Source: a virus
DNA length: 64,000 bases
Strand: one strand, 5' to 3'
Virus record (IMG/VR): IMGVR_UViG_3300027749_000042
How positions within the stretch are numbered: position 1 is the stretch's first letter; each line of letters opens with the position of its first letter. The notes below the pieces were generated by a model. The model made no database searches. It was given only the letters and a program-made list of their open reading frames with translations, and was not told where the DNA came from. Below, one piece after another: positions 9,222-19,288 of this stretch. Position numbers and translations under genes: made by a program.

Positions 9222-9812
9222 ATGACTGAAGAATTAGCGCCAATCACTTATGCTAAACCGCCTAAGAAGAAAAAGCATTATGTGAACAACGTGGATTTGT
9301 TTGATGCGCTGGTAATCCATAGAGAAAAGGTGCAAGCTGCTAAGGACGCTGGCAAACAACTGCCTCGCATTCCACATTATATCGGTGAAGCGATTATGAA
9401 GATTGCTACCCATCTTGCATACAAGCCAAACTTCTCAAACTACACGTTCCGCGAAGAGATGATTTCGGATGGCATTGAGAATTGCCTGCTGTATCTGAAT
9501 AACTTTGATCCTGCGAAGTCTAAAAATCCATTCGCATACTTCACACAGATTATTTACTTTGCATTTCTTCGCCGCATCCAACGAGAGAAGCGTCATTTAT
9601 ATACCAAGTATGCAGCCATTGAACAAGCAAACATTATGGGTGCTACATCTGAGAATCAAGGCGGTGATATCAGGTCTTATGATACGGACATCAAGTATGG
9701 TGAGTGGTCACAAGAACAGATGGAACGCTTTATGAAAGACTTTGAAGATTCCAGCATTGCTAAAAAAACTAAGGCCGCTGAAACTAAAGAAGCGAAGTTG
9801 AATCCACAATGA
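9222..9812 (+). CDS. gp55: Late-transcription sigma factor gp55
   Basis: HYVNN, KPNFSNYTFREEMISDGIENC, NPFAYFTQIIYFAFLRRIQREK. Confidence 0.97.
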   Translation: MTEELAPITYAKPPKKKKHYVNNVDLFDALVIHREKVQAAKDAGKQLPRIPHYIGEAIMKIATHLAYKPNFSNYTFREEMISDGIENCLLYLNNFDPAKSKNPFAYFTQIIYFAFLRRIQREKRHLYTKYAAIEQANIMGATSENQGGDIRSYDTDIKYGEWSQEQMERFMKDFEDSSIAKKTKAAETKEAKLNPQ

Positions 9813-10867
9813 AGATTGCACTTATCACTGATACGCACTGGGGTGTGCGTAATGACAATTCCGCATTTCTCGACAACAACAAGAAATTCTTAGATGACAT
9901 TTTCTTTCCGTATCTCGATACTCATGGCATTGACACTGTTATCCATCTCGGTGATTTGGTTGACCGTCGTAAATATCTTAATATCAATACAGCTAAGCGA
10001 CTACGAGAAGATTTTATATCGCCTCTCCATAGAAGAGAAATCCGCCCCCACCTCATCATTGGAAACCACGATACCTATTTCAAAAATACGAACTCTGTAA
10101 ATTCAATCCGAGAAATCTACGGAAATGATTTCTGTATCTATGAGTCCGCTAGAGAGGTAAAAGTTGATGGCGTTCCAATTCTTTTCATTCCATGGATCTG
10201 CGATGATAACCGCGATGAAACGCTACAGCTTATCAGCACAACAAACGCTCAAATCTGCATGGGCCACCTCGAGCTTGCAGGTTTTGAAATGTATCGAGGT
10301 AGTCCAGTCAGCCATGGAGATGATCGTGGTTTGTTTGGTAGGTTCGACATGGTACTTAGCGGTCATTATCATCACAGGTCTTCTGCTGGGAACATTCACT
10401 ACCTTGGTAGCCATGCTGAGTTTACTTGGAGCGACTACGATGACCCCAAAGGATTCCATATCCTTGATACGGAAACTCGTGAACTGGCGTTTATAGAAAA
10501 CCCATTCAAGATGTTTCGTAAGATGTGGTATAACGATAAAGACGTTACCACCGAAGCTTTGCTTGACAGAGACTTTTCAAAATACGCGGGCGCGTATGTG
10601 AAGCTTATTGTTCAGGGTAAAGATAATCCGTTTGCGTTTGATTTGTTTACCACTAAGCTTTATGAAGCCAATCCAATTGAGGTGGTAATCGTTGAAGACC
10701 ATCGCAACATGGACACCATTGACGAGAATGACCTATTGAACGAGGCCGAAGATACCCTTACGATTTTGTCTAAGTATATTGGCACACTAGAAACAAGCGT
10801 TGACACAAAAGAGCTTGACAATCTAATGCATTCTCTATACAATGAAGCAATGAAAATGGAAGTTTGA
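9809..10867 (+). CDS. gp47: Recombination nuclease subunit gp47 (Mre11/SbcD-like)
   Basis: DTHWG, LGDLVD, GNHD, SGHYH metallophosphoesterase motifs. Confidence 0.96.
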   Translation: MKIALITDTHWGVRNDNSAFLDNNKKFLDDIFFPYLDTHGIDTVIHLGDLVDRRKYLNINTAKRLREDFISPLHRREIRPHLIIGNHDTYFKNTNSVNSIREIYGNDFCIYESAREVKVDGVPILFIPWICDDNRDETLQLISTTNAQICMGHLELAGFEMYRGSPVSHGDDRGLFGRFDMVLSGHYHHRSSAGNIHYLGSHAEFTWSDYDDPKGFHILDTETRELAFIENPFKMFRKMWYNDKDVTTEALLDRDFSKYAGAYVKLIVQGKDNPFAFDLFTTKLYEANPIEVVIVEDHRNMDTIDENDLLNEAEDTLTILSKYIGTLETSVDTKELDNLMHSLYNEAMKMEV

Positions 10868-10868
10868 T

Positions 10869-11051
10869 ATGGAATTTGAGCCAAGTGTAATTTACCTTGA
10901 TCGTAAAGGTAATGAATACCGATATATCTATAAGACTGGTGGCGTAACTGTCTTTGAGAATAACGAAGAGAAACGGTTCGCTCAACATTCTACTGGGCGA
11001 TACAGATGGGATAATCAAGACCATCCTCGTGATATTATTGGAAAGAAATGA
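10869..11051 (+). CDS. Hypothetical protein inserted between gp47 and gp46
   Basis: 60-aa ORF abutting both neighbours (ATGA overlap with gp46). Confidence 0.55.
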   Translation: MEFEPSVIYLDRKGNEYRYIYKTGGVTVFENNEEKRFAQHSTGRYRWDNQDHPRDIIGKK

Positions 11052-12757
11052 TACATTTTACATCCGTTCGTTGGAAGAACTTTCTATCAACTGGCAACGC
11101 CTTCACAGAGATTTCGCTAGATGCCAATTCATCAACGCTTATCGTTGGTGAGAATGGTGCTGGCAAATCTACTGTGTTGGATGCGTTGTGTTTTTCTTTG
11201 TATGGCAAACCATTCCGTAAGATCAAAAAGGATCAGCTAGTCAACTCGGTCAATGGCCGAGATGTTGTCGTTGAGGTAGAGTTTACAATTGGTGACAAGC
11301 ACTATCTAATTCGGCGTGGTATCAAGCCAGCTATCTTTGAAATCATCGAGAATGGCAAGCTCCTGGATCAGGAAGCTGCTTCGCGTGACTATCAAGAAAT
11401 GCTTGAGAAGAATATTCTCCGGCTTACCATGAAGTCCTTCACGCAGGTTGTCATTCTTGGTTCGTCATCGTTCGTACCATTCATGCAGCTATCAACTAAC
11501 AATCGCCGTGAGGTTATTGAAGACCTGTTGGACATCCGTGTATTCTCGTCAATGGCCTTGCTATTGAAGGATCGCGTCACGGGTGCGCGTGAGGACTACA
11601 ATCTAAACGAACGTGATATGACATCCACATCCGATTCCATTCTTGTGCAGGAAAAACTTCGCAAGCAACAAGAGGATCATAAGGGTGAAAAGATCCTCGA
11701 GCGCCGCGAGCGCATTGCTGAGCTGGAACAGGCTATTGATAGCGCGATGGCCAATGCACAGGAAGAACAAGAAACCATCGCTCAACTAACCGAGTCTACA
11801 GATGACCATGATTCTGTGATTGAGAGACAGCGAAAACTCCTTGCGTTAGAGAAAAGCCTGACATTAAAGAAAGCTAATGCAAAAAAATCAATCGCATTCT
11901 ACCACGATAATAATGAGTGCCCAACATGCACACAGGATATCGACCAAGCAATCAAGTGTGAGAAAATAGATGAGAAAGAAAAGACAATCGCAGAAATTGA
12001 AGATGCGCTCACTAAGCTATCTGGAGAAATTGCAACATGCGAAGCTCGTAGAGAAGCGATTGAGCGAGTACTTCGGCAAATCCATAAACATCAATCGAGC
12101 CTCAATAGCATCCAAGCCGATGTTCGCACAAGCCAAAAAGAAATCTCTATCTGGCAAAAAGAAATTGAAGGCCTCGAGAAAGAGACCGTCATTACCAGTC
12201 ACGACGAAATCATCAAAGACCTACAAGAGAAATATAGCAATCTCTTGGAACGCAAAAAGCATCTACTTGCACAGAGAGAAATGCACGATCTGGCAGGAAT
12301 AATTCTGCGCGACTCAGGTATCAAGTCTCGAATCATCAAGCAATATGTGCCCGTTATCAATACGCTTGTCAACAAGTACCTTGCTGCTATGGATTTCTTT
12401 GTCAAGTTCGAACTAAACGAGCAATTTGAAGAAAAGATTTTGTCACGCCATCGCGATGATTTCACATACGATTCATTTAGCGAAGGCGAAAAAATGCGTA
12501 TCGACCTTTCGCTATTGTTTACATGGCGTTCCATCGCTCGTATGAAGAATAGCGTCAACACCAATCTACTTATCCTCGATGAGGTTTTTGATGCCTCGCT
12601 TGATGCTAACGGCTGTGACGAGTTTCTAAAGCTTATACATAATGTGGAAGACACCAACATCTTCGTCATCTCTCATAAGGGCGATGTTCTACAAGATAAG
12701 TTCACAAGCACACTCCGATTCACAAAACAGAAAAACTTTAGTAGGATGATATCATGA
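11048..12757 (+). CDS. gp46: Recombination ATPase gp46 (Rad50/SbcC-like)
   Basis: GENGAGKST, CPTC zinc hook, FSEGEK signature, LILDEVFD. Confidence 0.97.
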   Translation: MIHFTSVRWKNFLSTGNAFTEISLDANSSTLIVGENGAGKSTVLDALCFSLYGKPFRKIKKDQLVNSVNGRDVVVEVEFTIGDKHYLIRRGIKPAIFEIIENGKLLDQEAASRDYQEMLEKNILRLTMKSFTQVVILGSSSFVPFMQLSTNNRREVIEDLLDIRVFSSMALLLKDRVTGAREDYNLNERDMTSTSDSILVQEKLRKQQEDHKGEKILERRERIAELEQAIDSAMANAQEEQETIAQLTESTDDHDSVIERQRKLLALEKSLTLKKANAKKSIAFYHDNNECPTCTQDIDQAIKCEKIDEKEKTIAEIEDALTKLSGEIATCEARREAIERVLRQIHKHQSSLNSIQADVRTSQKEISIWQKEIEGLEKETVITSHDEIIKDLQEKYSNLLERKKHLLAQREMHDLAGIILRDSGIKSRIIKQYVPVINTLVNKYLAAMDFFVKFELNEQFEEKILSRHRDDFTYDSFSEGEKMRIDLSLLFTWRSIARMKNSVNTNLLILDEVFDASLDANGCDEFLKLIHNVEDTNIFVISHKGDVLQDKFTSTLRFTKQKNFSRMIS

Positions 12758-13281
12758 TTATTCCGGGCAACGATCCACGTTTGAAGCAAGTGTGTAAGCC
12801 ATTCAATTTTGATGTTGGCTACACAATGGAAGATGGTAGCATCCTCTCAGCCGAGAAGCTTTTCTACATGCTGAAGGAACAGATGATTGCTAACAAAGGT
12901 GTAGGATTGTCCGCGTGTCAGATTGGCATTATGACTCGCGCATTTGTCATTGGTAACTTTACCGACCCCGATAGTGTGATTTCTGTTTTCAATCCACGCA
13001 TCGTAACAATGAATGATGATACTGTTGTGTATGAAGAGGGTTGCATTTCATATCCTGGTTTGTTTATGAAAGTGAAGCGCCCCAAAGAGTTTGAGGTTCG
13101 TTTCTCTGGTTGGGATGGCGTTGCTGGTACCACGATGTTCAAAGGCTATACGGCCAGGGTGTTTCTTCATGAGCTAGACCATCTCGATGGCATTACCTTT
13201 CAAAGCAAGGCTAGTCGTTTTCATTTGGAACAAGCTACCAATCAATTAAAGAAAATGAATAGAATAAAGAAACATGCATAG
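12754..13281 (+). CDS. def: Peptide deformylase
   Basis: GVGLSACQIG, EEGCIS, HELDHLDG motifs. Confidence 0.95.
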   Translation: MIIPGNDPRLKQVCKPFNFDVGYTMEDGSILSAEKLFYMLKEQMIANKGVGLSACQIGIMTRAFVIGNFTDPDSVISVFNPRIVTMNDDTVVYEEGCISYPGLFMKVKRPKEFEVRFSGWDGVAGTTMFKGYTARVFLHELDHLDGITFQSKASRFHLEQATNQLKKMNRIKKHA

Positions 13282-13288
13282 AAAACGC

Positions 13289-13317
13289 TTGACAAACTCT
13301 TCAAATCTGTTTATAAT
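13289..13317 (+). promoter_or_regulatory. Sigma70-type promoter of the MTase-cmoA pair
   Basis: Perfect TTGACA-17-TATAAT. Confidence 0.85.
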
Positions 13318-13331
13318 GCAAATAATAAAGA

Positions 13332-14627
13332 TTGGACAAAACATTGACAAAATATATTCCATACACAGTTGACGATATCAAAAAGTCTTCGGCCCGAGAG
13401 CTATTCACCGTCGTATCCACTTTTGCTGGTGGTGGTGGTTCATCAACTGGCTATCGCATCGCCGGTGGTAAAGTTATTGCCATGAATGAATTTGTAGAAG
13501 AAGCCATAAAGACATATTCAACAAATTTTCCAGATACCAAGATTATCCCAGGCGATATCAAAAAGCTTACTGGGCTTGATTTTCTTCGTGAAGCAAATCT
13601 CAAGCCTGGTGAACTTGATATCTTCGATGGGTCACCTCCTTGCTCCGCGTTCTCTGTTGCTGGTAAACGAGAGAAGCAATGGAAGGGTGCTGTAAAGAAA
13701 ACCGATAGCTCGTTTGAGATTGACGAATATGGTGAGCTAGAATTCGTCGAGGGTGAGACGTTTACGAAAACAGGCATCAAAACTTATAGTGATGGTATGG
13801 TTGTTGAAGCTATTGAAGATTTATTCCTAGAGTTCGTTCGCATCGCAAAAGATATCAAGCCTAAGGTTATCGTTGCAGAAAACGTCAAGGGTATCACAAT
13901 GGGCGAAGCGCGCAAGAAGCTTGTAGAGTTTCAGAACGCATTTGAAAACATTGAACCTGGTTATGTTGTCACGCATCACGTTTTGAGCGCCGCAAATTAT
14001 GGAGTTCCGCAAGCGCGTGAGAGACTGTTCTTTGTCTGTGTGCGTAGTGATGTTGCTAGTGTGATCGGTATGAACTGGATGAATGCCGAGACAATGACAA
14101 AGCCACCCGAAACAACTCCTATCATTCGTTCTGGTGGGCGTCGTCTAAGCGAGAATAGTCAACACATCTCATTGCGCGAAGCAATTGAAGATATCGAAAA
14201 TGATCCTGAAGAAATCCAGATGCTTAAGGATTATGTGATGGGTGGCTTTCAAAAAGATTGGATCACGAAGCTTCCATTTAATCCCAAGCGTCATACCAAG
14301 CCGAGCGATACTGAGTATCGGTCATGGAATCCTACAGGTTCATGTTTCAATATGATTCGCCCTTGCCCGGAACTTCCATGCCCTACTCTAACGCAGAGAG
14401 GGCAACAGCTTTCTGTGTCTGGTGTGTTTCATTACGCAGAGAATAGAAAGTTTACCATCAAAGAGTTGAAACGAATCATGAGTCTTCCAGAAGACTACAT
14501 ATTGTCTGGAAACTTTGATAAGCAAGCAGAACGAATCGGGCGCATGGTTGCTCCTAAAATGATGGGTGCCCTTGCGACTAACATCTATAATAAAATATTG
14601 AAACCCTATAAGGAAGCTACACAATGA
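13332..14627 (+). CDS. C5 cytosine DNA methyltransferase family (probable carboxymethyltransferase)
   Basis: Motifs I FAGGGG, IV GSPPCSAFS, VI ENVKG, VIII QARER; motif X reads IGRMVAP instead of IGN(A/S)V. Confidence 0.9.
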   Translation: MDKTLTKYIPYTVDDIKKSSARELFTVVSTFAGGGGSSTGYRIAGGKVIAMNEFVEEAIKTYSTNFPDTKIIPGDIKKLTGLDFLREANLKPGELDIFDGSPPCSAFSVAGKREKQWKGAVKKTDSSFEIDEYGELEFVEGETFTKTGIKTYSDGMVVEAIEDLFLEFVRIAKDIKPKVIVAENVKGITMGEARKKLVEFQNAFENIEPGYVVTHHVLSAANYGVPQARERLFFVCVRSDVASVIGMNWMNAETMTKPPETTPIIRSGGRRLSENSQHISLREAIEDIENDPEEIQMLKDYVMGGFQKDWITKLPFNPKRHTKPSDTEYRSWNPTGSCFNMIRPCPELPCPTLTQRGQQLSVSGVFHYAENRKFTIKELKRIMSLPEDYILSGNFDKQAERIGRMVAPKMMGALATNIYNKILKPYKEATQ

Positions 14628-15316
14628 CAGGTCAGTTCACGTTCGCGACACGCGAAGAAGGCTTTGATACGCACATCGACACATCCATTCGCGGCTACAG
14701 TGATCTGTGGCAAGACGTTGTGGATATCTCCCAGTACTTTGTTGAGAATGATACCAGCGTGGTCGATATTGGTTGCTCGACAGGTAAGATGTTAAAGAGT
14801 ATGATTAACCAGAACACGTTTGCACCTAACGCAATTTATACAGGTCTAGAGATTGAACCTGAGTTTTGGGGACCATACGATCAGGACGAAAAGGATTTCG
14901 ACAACCTCACATATCACAAGGGTGATGCTAATGGGTATTATTTCGACAACTGTTCATATGTCACGTCCATCTTCACACTTCAGTTCATGCCGTACCATGA
15001 TCGTATGCATCTAATCAGTCGCGTATTCAATGGATTGAACCCTGGTGGTGCTTTTGTCTTCGCGGAGAAGACGATGCCTGAGAATGTACGAATCCATGAA
15101 ATTCGCACCTTTACCTATTATGATTACAAGCGCCGCACGTTTACCACCGACGATATCATGGACAAGGAGCATCAGCTCCGTCATATGACCAAACCAAACA
15201 CCCGTGGCGAGCTAATCAAGGTCTGTCTAGACGCCGGCTTTCAAGCGGTTGACACCTTCTGGCAAAACCACGCCTTTACAGGGTTCATTGCGTTGAAGGG
15301 AACGACACAAAAGTAA
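14624..15316 (+). CDS. cmoA: CmoA-like carboxy-S-adenosylmethionine synthase
   Basis: FTF...FDTHIDTSIRGY, VDIGCSTG, FTLQF, GLNPGGAFVFAEK, F.GFIALK parallel E. coli CmoA blocks; ATGA overlap with MTase. Confidence 0.8.
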   Translation: MTGQFTFATREEGFDTHIDTSIRGYSDLWQDVVDISQYFVENDTSVVDIGCSTGKMLKSMINQNTFAPNAIYTGLEIEPEFWGPYDQDEKDFDNLTYHKGDANGYYFDNCSYVTSIFTLQFMPYHDRMHLISRVFNGLNPGGAFVFAEKTMPENVRIHEIRTFTYYDYKRRTFTTDDIMDKEHQLRHMTKPNTRGELIKVCLDAGFQAVDTFWQNHAFTGFIALKGTTQK

Positions 15317-15380
15317 CATAAAATGTTTCAAAAATAATTGAAAAAACACCAAAATACCTGAAAATAATTGGCAAACAATT

Positions 15381-15420
15381 TCAATGGCTTAGCGGAGATG
15401 ATCCCTAAGCCATTGTTTTT
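15381..15420 (+). terminator. Hairpin/terminator before early island
   Basis: CAATGGCTTAG...CTAAGCCATTG inverted repeat followed by a T-run. Confidence 0.6.
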
Positions 15421-15436
15421 GCTTGTTTTTCTAGCC

Positions 15437-15465
15437 TTGACAATGAGGTGGTTCTTTGCTATTAT
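15437..15465 (+). promoter_or_regulatory. Early promoter
   Basis: TTGACA-17-TATTAT with TG extension. Confidence 0.8.
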
Positions 15466-15502
15466 AAGAATATAAGATGAATTGAAAGACGAGAGACACA
15501 CC

Positions 15503-15709
15503 ATGAGCGTAGCAACAAACCCCAACCGCCGTCAAGCCCTTCGCGAAGCAACCCAAGATGCTATTGCTCAGTTCATGCAGAACGGCGGCAATGTGACCCG
15601 TTGCGAGACTTCTACTGCTAAGGTCAAGACGTTTCGCCACTTTGCTTCCATTGCCTCGCAAGGCCGCAAATTGACCACCCTCCGCAATGCCGGCTTTGCT
15701 TCTCGCTAA
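15503..15709 (+). CDS. Hypothetical early protein
   Basis: ORF downstream of early promoter. Confidence 0.6.
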   Translation: MSVATNPNRRQALREATQDAIAQFMQNGGNVTRCETSTAKVKTFRHFASIASQGRKLTTLRNAGFASR

Positions 15710-15724
15710 TTGAAAGGTTCAACC

Positions 15725-16057
15725 ATGTTTTCCATTCGCAAGCTCGACCTCTACCTTGCCGCTATCCGCGCTGATTATGCCGCTTTCAAAGCGCGCTCGC
15801 CTTATAGCAACGATCAAGTTCAGCAGGAAATGATTGCTGAATTCAACGCTGGTCTCCGCTATGAAATCGGTAGCCGCTATGTGAAGGTTATCGCAGGCAA
15901 TTCCGTTCACTCCTTCATTTGCATGACCGATATGGGTAAATTCTGCAAGGGCGATATCCTGAAGGCTGCAAGCTGGAAAGCTCCTGCAAAAAACAAGGCT
16001 CGCGGCAATGTAGTGCTCCGCGATTATCCCACCGTCCAATGGACCGGCGTCCACTAA
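15725..16057 (+). CDS. Conserved phage hypothetical protein
   Basis: VHSFI...GDILKAASWKAPAKNKARGN motif seen in many phage early proteins; SD GAAAGG. Confidence 0.7.
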   Translation: MFSIRKLDLYLAAIRADYAAFKARSPYSNDQVQQEMIAEFNAGLRYEIGSRYVKVIAGNSVHSFICMTDMGKFCKGDILKAASWKAPAKNKARGNVVLRDYPTVQWTGVH

Positions 16058-16070
16058 GAAAGGTTACACC

Positions 16071-16343
16071 ATGAGAAAAGTCCTTCGCAAAACTGTCCGC
16101 GCTTCCACTCTCACCGAGATTGCCAACCGTCTGTTAGCTTCGCCCTCGTCCACGCGGGATGAGCGGGTCGGTGTTATCGTTCTTTTGGAATCTTCACTCC
16201 TCACCGACGACGCCTACCGTGGCTATAACTACCTTGATGCCGAGCAGATTGGCTTTGAAGGTGTGCAGCCCGGCATTCGGCCCGAGCGTGGCGTTACCAA
16301 CCAGTTTGCCGACACCGACAACACCCGCCGTGTTTACCTCTGA
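16071..16343 (+). CDS. Hypothetical early protein
   Basis: SD GAAAGG, packed ORF. Confidence 0.6.
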   Translation: MRKVLRKTVRASTLTEIANRLLASPSSTRDERVGVIVLLESSLLTDDAYRGYNYLDAEQIGFEGVQPGIRPERGVTNQFADTDNTRRVYL

Positions 16344-16353
16344 GGAGAATCCT

Positions 16354-16536
16354 ATGACCACGTTAGATGAACGGATGAACCAAGGCATTGACCAGCTAAT
16401 TGCCAAGCTGGAAGAAATCAAAGCCATTCGTGGTGGCTATAGCCGTAAGGTCACGGCTGTGGATAAGGTGGCTGAGGAAGCCAAAAACTACGCCGACTTT
16501 TGGGATTACAAGCTTACCGATTGGGCTTCCGACTGA
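16354..16536 (+). CDS. Hypothetical early protein
   Basis: SD GAGGAG then ATG 16354. Confidence 0.6.
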   Translation: MTTLDERMNQGIDQLIAKLEEIKAIRGGYSRKVTAVDKVAEEAKNYADFWDYKLTDWASD

Positions 16537-16547
16537 GGAGAGATATC

Positions 16548-16862
16548 ATGGCTTTGGACACTGTAACCTTTGAACTGCCTACGCATTGGGCTTCCGCGCT
16601 TGTCAACTCCGACGAGAGCGGTCTGGATGAATTCGACTGCGAAGCCCTCGATGCTTTTACCGAGTGGATGCTCGAGGAGCATGGTCAATGCTGGTGCATT
16701 GGCGTAGAAGAGGATTCCTTTTTCTCGTGGCACCATGATGCCATTGATTTCAACGCATTGCCTGGCGACGTTTCGGTATTTACCTTTGACGTTTCGCCAG
16801 AAGCCAACGATGGTCAGCCATCCGAGATGCAGGAATGGCAGGACTTTGACCGAGATTGCTAG
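16548..16862 (+). CDS. Acidic hypothetical early protein
   Basis: SD GAGGAG; LPTHWASALVNSDESGL; very D/E-rich. Confidence 0.6.
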   Translation: MALDTVTFELPTHWASALVNSDESGLDEFDCEALDAFTEWMLEEHGQCWCIGVEEDSFFSWHHDAIDFNALPGDVSVFTFDVSPEANDGQPSEMQEWQDFDRDC

Positions 16863-16891
16863 TTGACAAACCGCGCGCCATGTGGTACTAT
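16863..16891 (+). promoter_or_regulatory. Early promoter
   Basis: TTGACA-17-TACTAT with TG extension. Confidence 0.8.
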
Positions 16892-16915
16892 ACATAATGA
16901 ATTGAGGAGAAGGTA

Positions 16916-19210
16916 ATGGCTGAGAAACTGGTATCGCCTGGCGCGCTTGACAAGTTGGCTAAATTGCTCGCGGCTGAGAACATTGCTGTGGAACATGCAC
17001 CCGTGGTCACTGCGTCTTTTGATGTTAAGAACCGCGTCCTGCGTCTGCCCATGTGGCAGGAAATGACTGAGAGCCTGTATCATCTGCTGGTGCTCCACGA
17101 GGTCGGGCACGCCCTTGAGACTCCGTGCGATGGCTGGAAAGGTGCTATTGACGCCGTTGAGGAATCAGACGGCCGCCGTGTGTCGCGCACATTTCAGGGC
17201 TATCTGAATGTGGTCGAGGACGCGCGGATCGAGCGCAAGATCAAGGCTAAGTTCCCCGGCTCGCGCCGTGATTTTCACGATGGCTACAAGTGGCTTTTCG
17301 AGTCGGACTTTTTCAATGTGAAGTCTACCAATCCCGATCAACTGTCAACCATTGACCGTATCAACCTGTATTTCAAGGTTGGTTCTCATATGCAGGTGCC
17401 GTTCTCGGATGAAGAACAGGTGTTTGTAAAGCGGGCTGAGGACATCCACACATGGGATGAGGCCGTCCAGCTTGCTAATGATCTCCTTGCTTTTGCCAAA
17501 GAAAAGGCGGAGCAGGAAGAGGAAGACCTGGATGAAGAAAAGCGTGACGTTTCTACCCGTACCCTTGATGATGACGGCGAGGAAGGTGACGATTGGGAAG
17601 ACGGTGAAGACGGCGATGAGGGGTTAAAAGGCGAGTCCGATCAGGATGAAGTCGGCGATGGTGATGATGAAGACAAACCGAAGCCCTCGCGCCGTGCGTC
17701 TGGTGGTCCCATCGAAGAGGCTACCACTGATAAGGCTCTGTCCGATAAGATGCAGGATCTGGTTGATCCTACTATGCTCGGCAGGGAGCTCCGTTATGTG
17801 GTGCTGCCGAAGGATATCGACTCCTCCAATTTCATTGTGAAGTATGGCGATATCCTCAAGTTCGCGCAGCACGATATCAACCTCGGCAAGGCAGCCAATT
17901 ATCAGGCTTTTGCCAATCGTGTGTTCTTCAAGTTCCGCAGCGACAATAACAATGCCATCAATTATATGGTCAAGGAGTTCGAAATGAAGAAGGCTGCTAC
18001 GGCCTATTCCCGTAGCAAGCAATCCAAGACTGGTACCATTGATACGACAAAGATTCATAGCTATAAGTTCAGCGAGGATATCTTCCGTCGTCTCACGGTA
18101 CTGCCAACTGGTAAGAACCACGGGCTTGTCGTCTATCTCGACCTGTCGGGTTCAATGTCTGGGCATATCCGTGGTGCGGTTGAACAGATGATTACCCTGG
18201 CTACTTTTTGTCGCCGTGCTAACATTCCACACCGTATCTATGGTTTCTCGACGAGCTTGTCTGGTGCAGGTTACAATCATCCTGCTACTCTGAAATACCA
18301 CGATATGCGGTCTAAAATCAATACGGAATGGCGTAACATTGACAATCGTGTTGACAAGCATTTCGTATACCCTAACACGGAACTGTCACTGCTGGAATTG
18401 TTTCACGAGGGCATGAACCTGCGTGATTTTAATTTCATGTGTTCCACATTGCTTATTTCAGGTATGATCCAGAACTATACCACATGCGATCTGGTTCCTG
18501 CTGGCTATAATAATGTGAAGCATTATGTCCGTGATGTTATCTTCAATAAATTCCGTGACCCGTTTGAGTTCCTTAGCCTTGGATCGACTCCGTTCAATGA
18601 TTCCTTGATGCTTGGTCGCGATATCATTACCAAGTTCACAAAGGAGAAGAACCTCGAGATTGTGAACATGGTGACGATTACCGATGGTGAGTCCGATCAT
18701 CCATCATATATTCTGCACAAGCAGAATGGTCAACGTGGTAATTTGGCTGGTTCTAGTATCATCCACAATAACCGCACCTCGTTCCTGACCGACGAGCATA
18801 GCAGGCGCCAAATTCGTTTGAATTTTGAGCATAACCATCAATATACCTCAATGTATGCTAAACTCATCCGTGACACGATGAAGGTCAATCTTGTTGGCTT
18901 CTACATTACCAACAGTGCCCGTGACGTTACCAGCGGCGCCCAGATGGCTGGGTCAAACTGGTATGATGCTGACCTGATGGCTAAGTCTTTCCGCTCTAAT
19001 CAGTATGCCATTGTGCCCGGCTTGTACGGCCACAATGAGTTCTACTATATCAAGGGCGGTAAAGACTTGCGTACCGAGAGTTCTGGCATGGGTGATATTG
19101 CTGCGGATTCATCCAAGGGTAAACTGAAAACCGCGTTTGCCAACGCACAATCCAAGCGCGGTACGTCCCGTGTTGTGTTGGCTAAGTTTATCGACAAGAT
19201 CGCCGTATAA
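16916..19210 (+). CDS. HEXXH metallopeptidase-like + VWA domain protein (CobT-like MoxR partner)
   Basis: LAKLLAAENI, HEVGHAL, NVVEDARIE, acidic linker, MIDAS DLSGSM and TITDGE. Confidence 0.85.
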   Translation: MAEKLVSPGALDKLAKLLAAENIAVEHAPVVTASFDVKNRVLRLPMWQEMTESLYHLLVLHEVGHALETPCDGWKGAIDAVEESDGRRVSRTFQGYLNVVEDARIERKIKAKFPGSRRDFHDGYKWLFESDFFNVKSTNPDQLSTIDRINLYFKVGSHMQVPFSDEEQVFVKRAEDIHTWDEAVQLANDLLAFAKEKAEQEEEDLDEEKRDVSTRTLDDDGEEGDDWEDGEDGDEGLKGESDQDEVGDGDDEDKPKPSRRASGGPIEEATTDKALSDKMQDLVDPTMLGRELRYVVLPKDIDSSNFIVKYGDILKFAQHDINLGKAANYQAFANRVFFKFRSDNNNAINYMVKEFEMKKAATAYSRSKQSKTGTIDTTKIHSYKFSEDIFRRLTVLPTGKNHGLVVYLDLSGSMSGHIRGAVEQMITLATFCRRANIPHRIYGFSTSLSGAGYNHPATLKYHDMRSKINTEWRNIDNRVDKHFVYPNTELSLLELFHEGMNLRDFNFMCSTLLISGMIQNYTTCDLVPAGYNNVKHYVRDVIFNKFRDPFEFLSLGSTPFNDSLMLGRDIITKFTKEKNLEIVNMVTITDGESDHPSYILHKQNGQRGNLAGSSIIHNNRTSFLTDEHSRRQIRLNFEHNHQYTSMYAKLIRDTMKVNLVGFYITNSARDVTSGAQMAGSNWYDADLMAKSFRSNQYAIVPGLYGHNEFYYIKGGKDLRTESSGMGDIAADSSKGKLKTAFANAQSKRGTSRVVLAKFIDKIAV

Positions 19211-19288
19211 ATACAAAGCAAAAATGAGGGGTTGACAAATCCCTCATTACCAACTACAATGGTAACATAATGACAAAAGGAGATGGCT

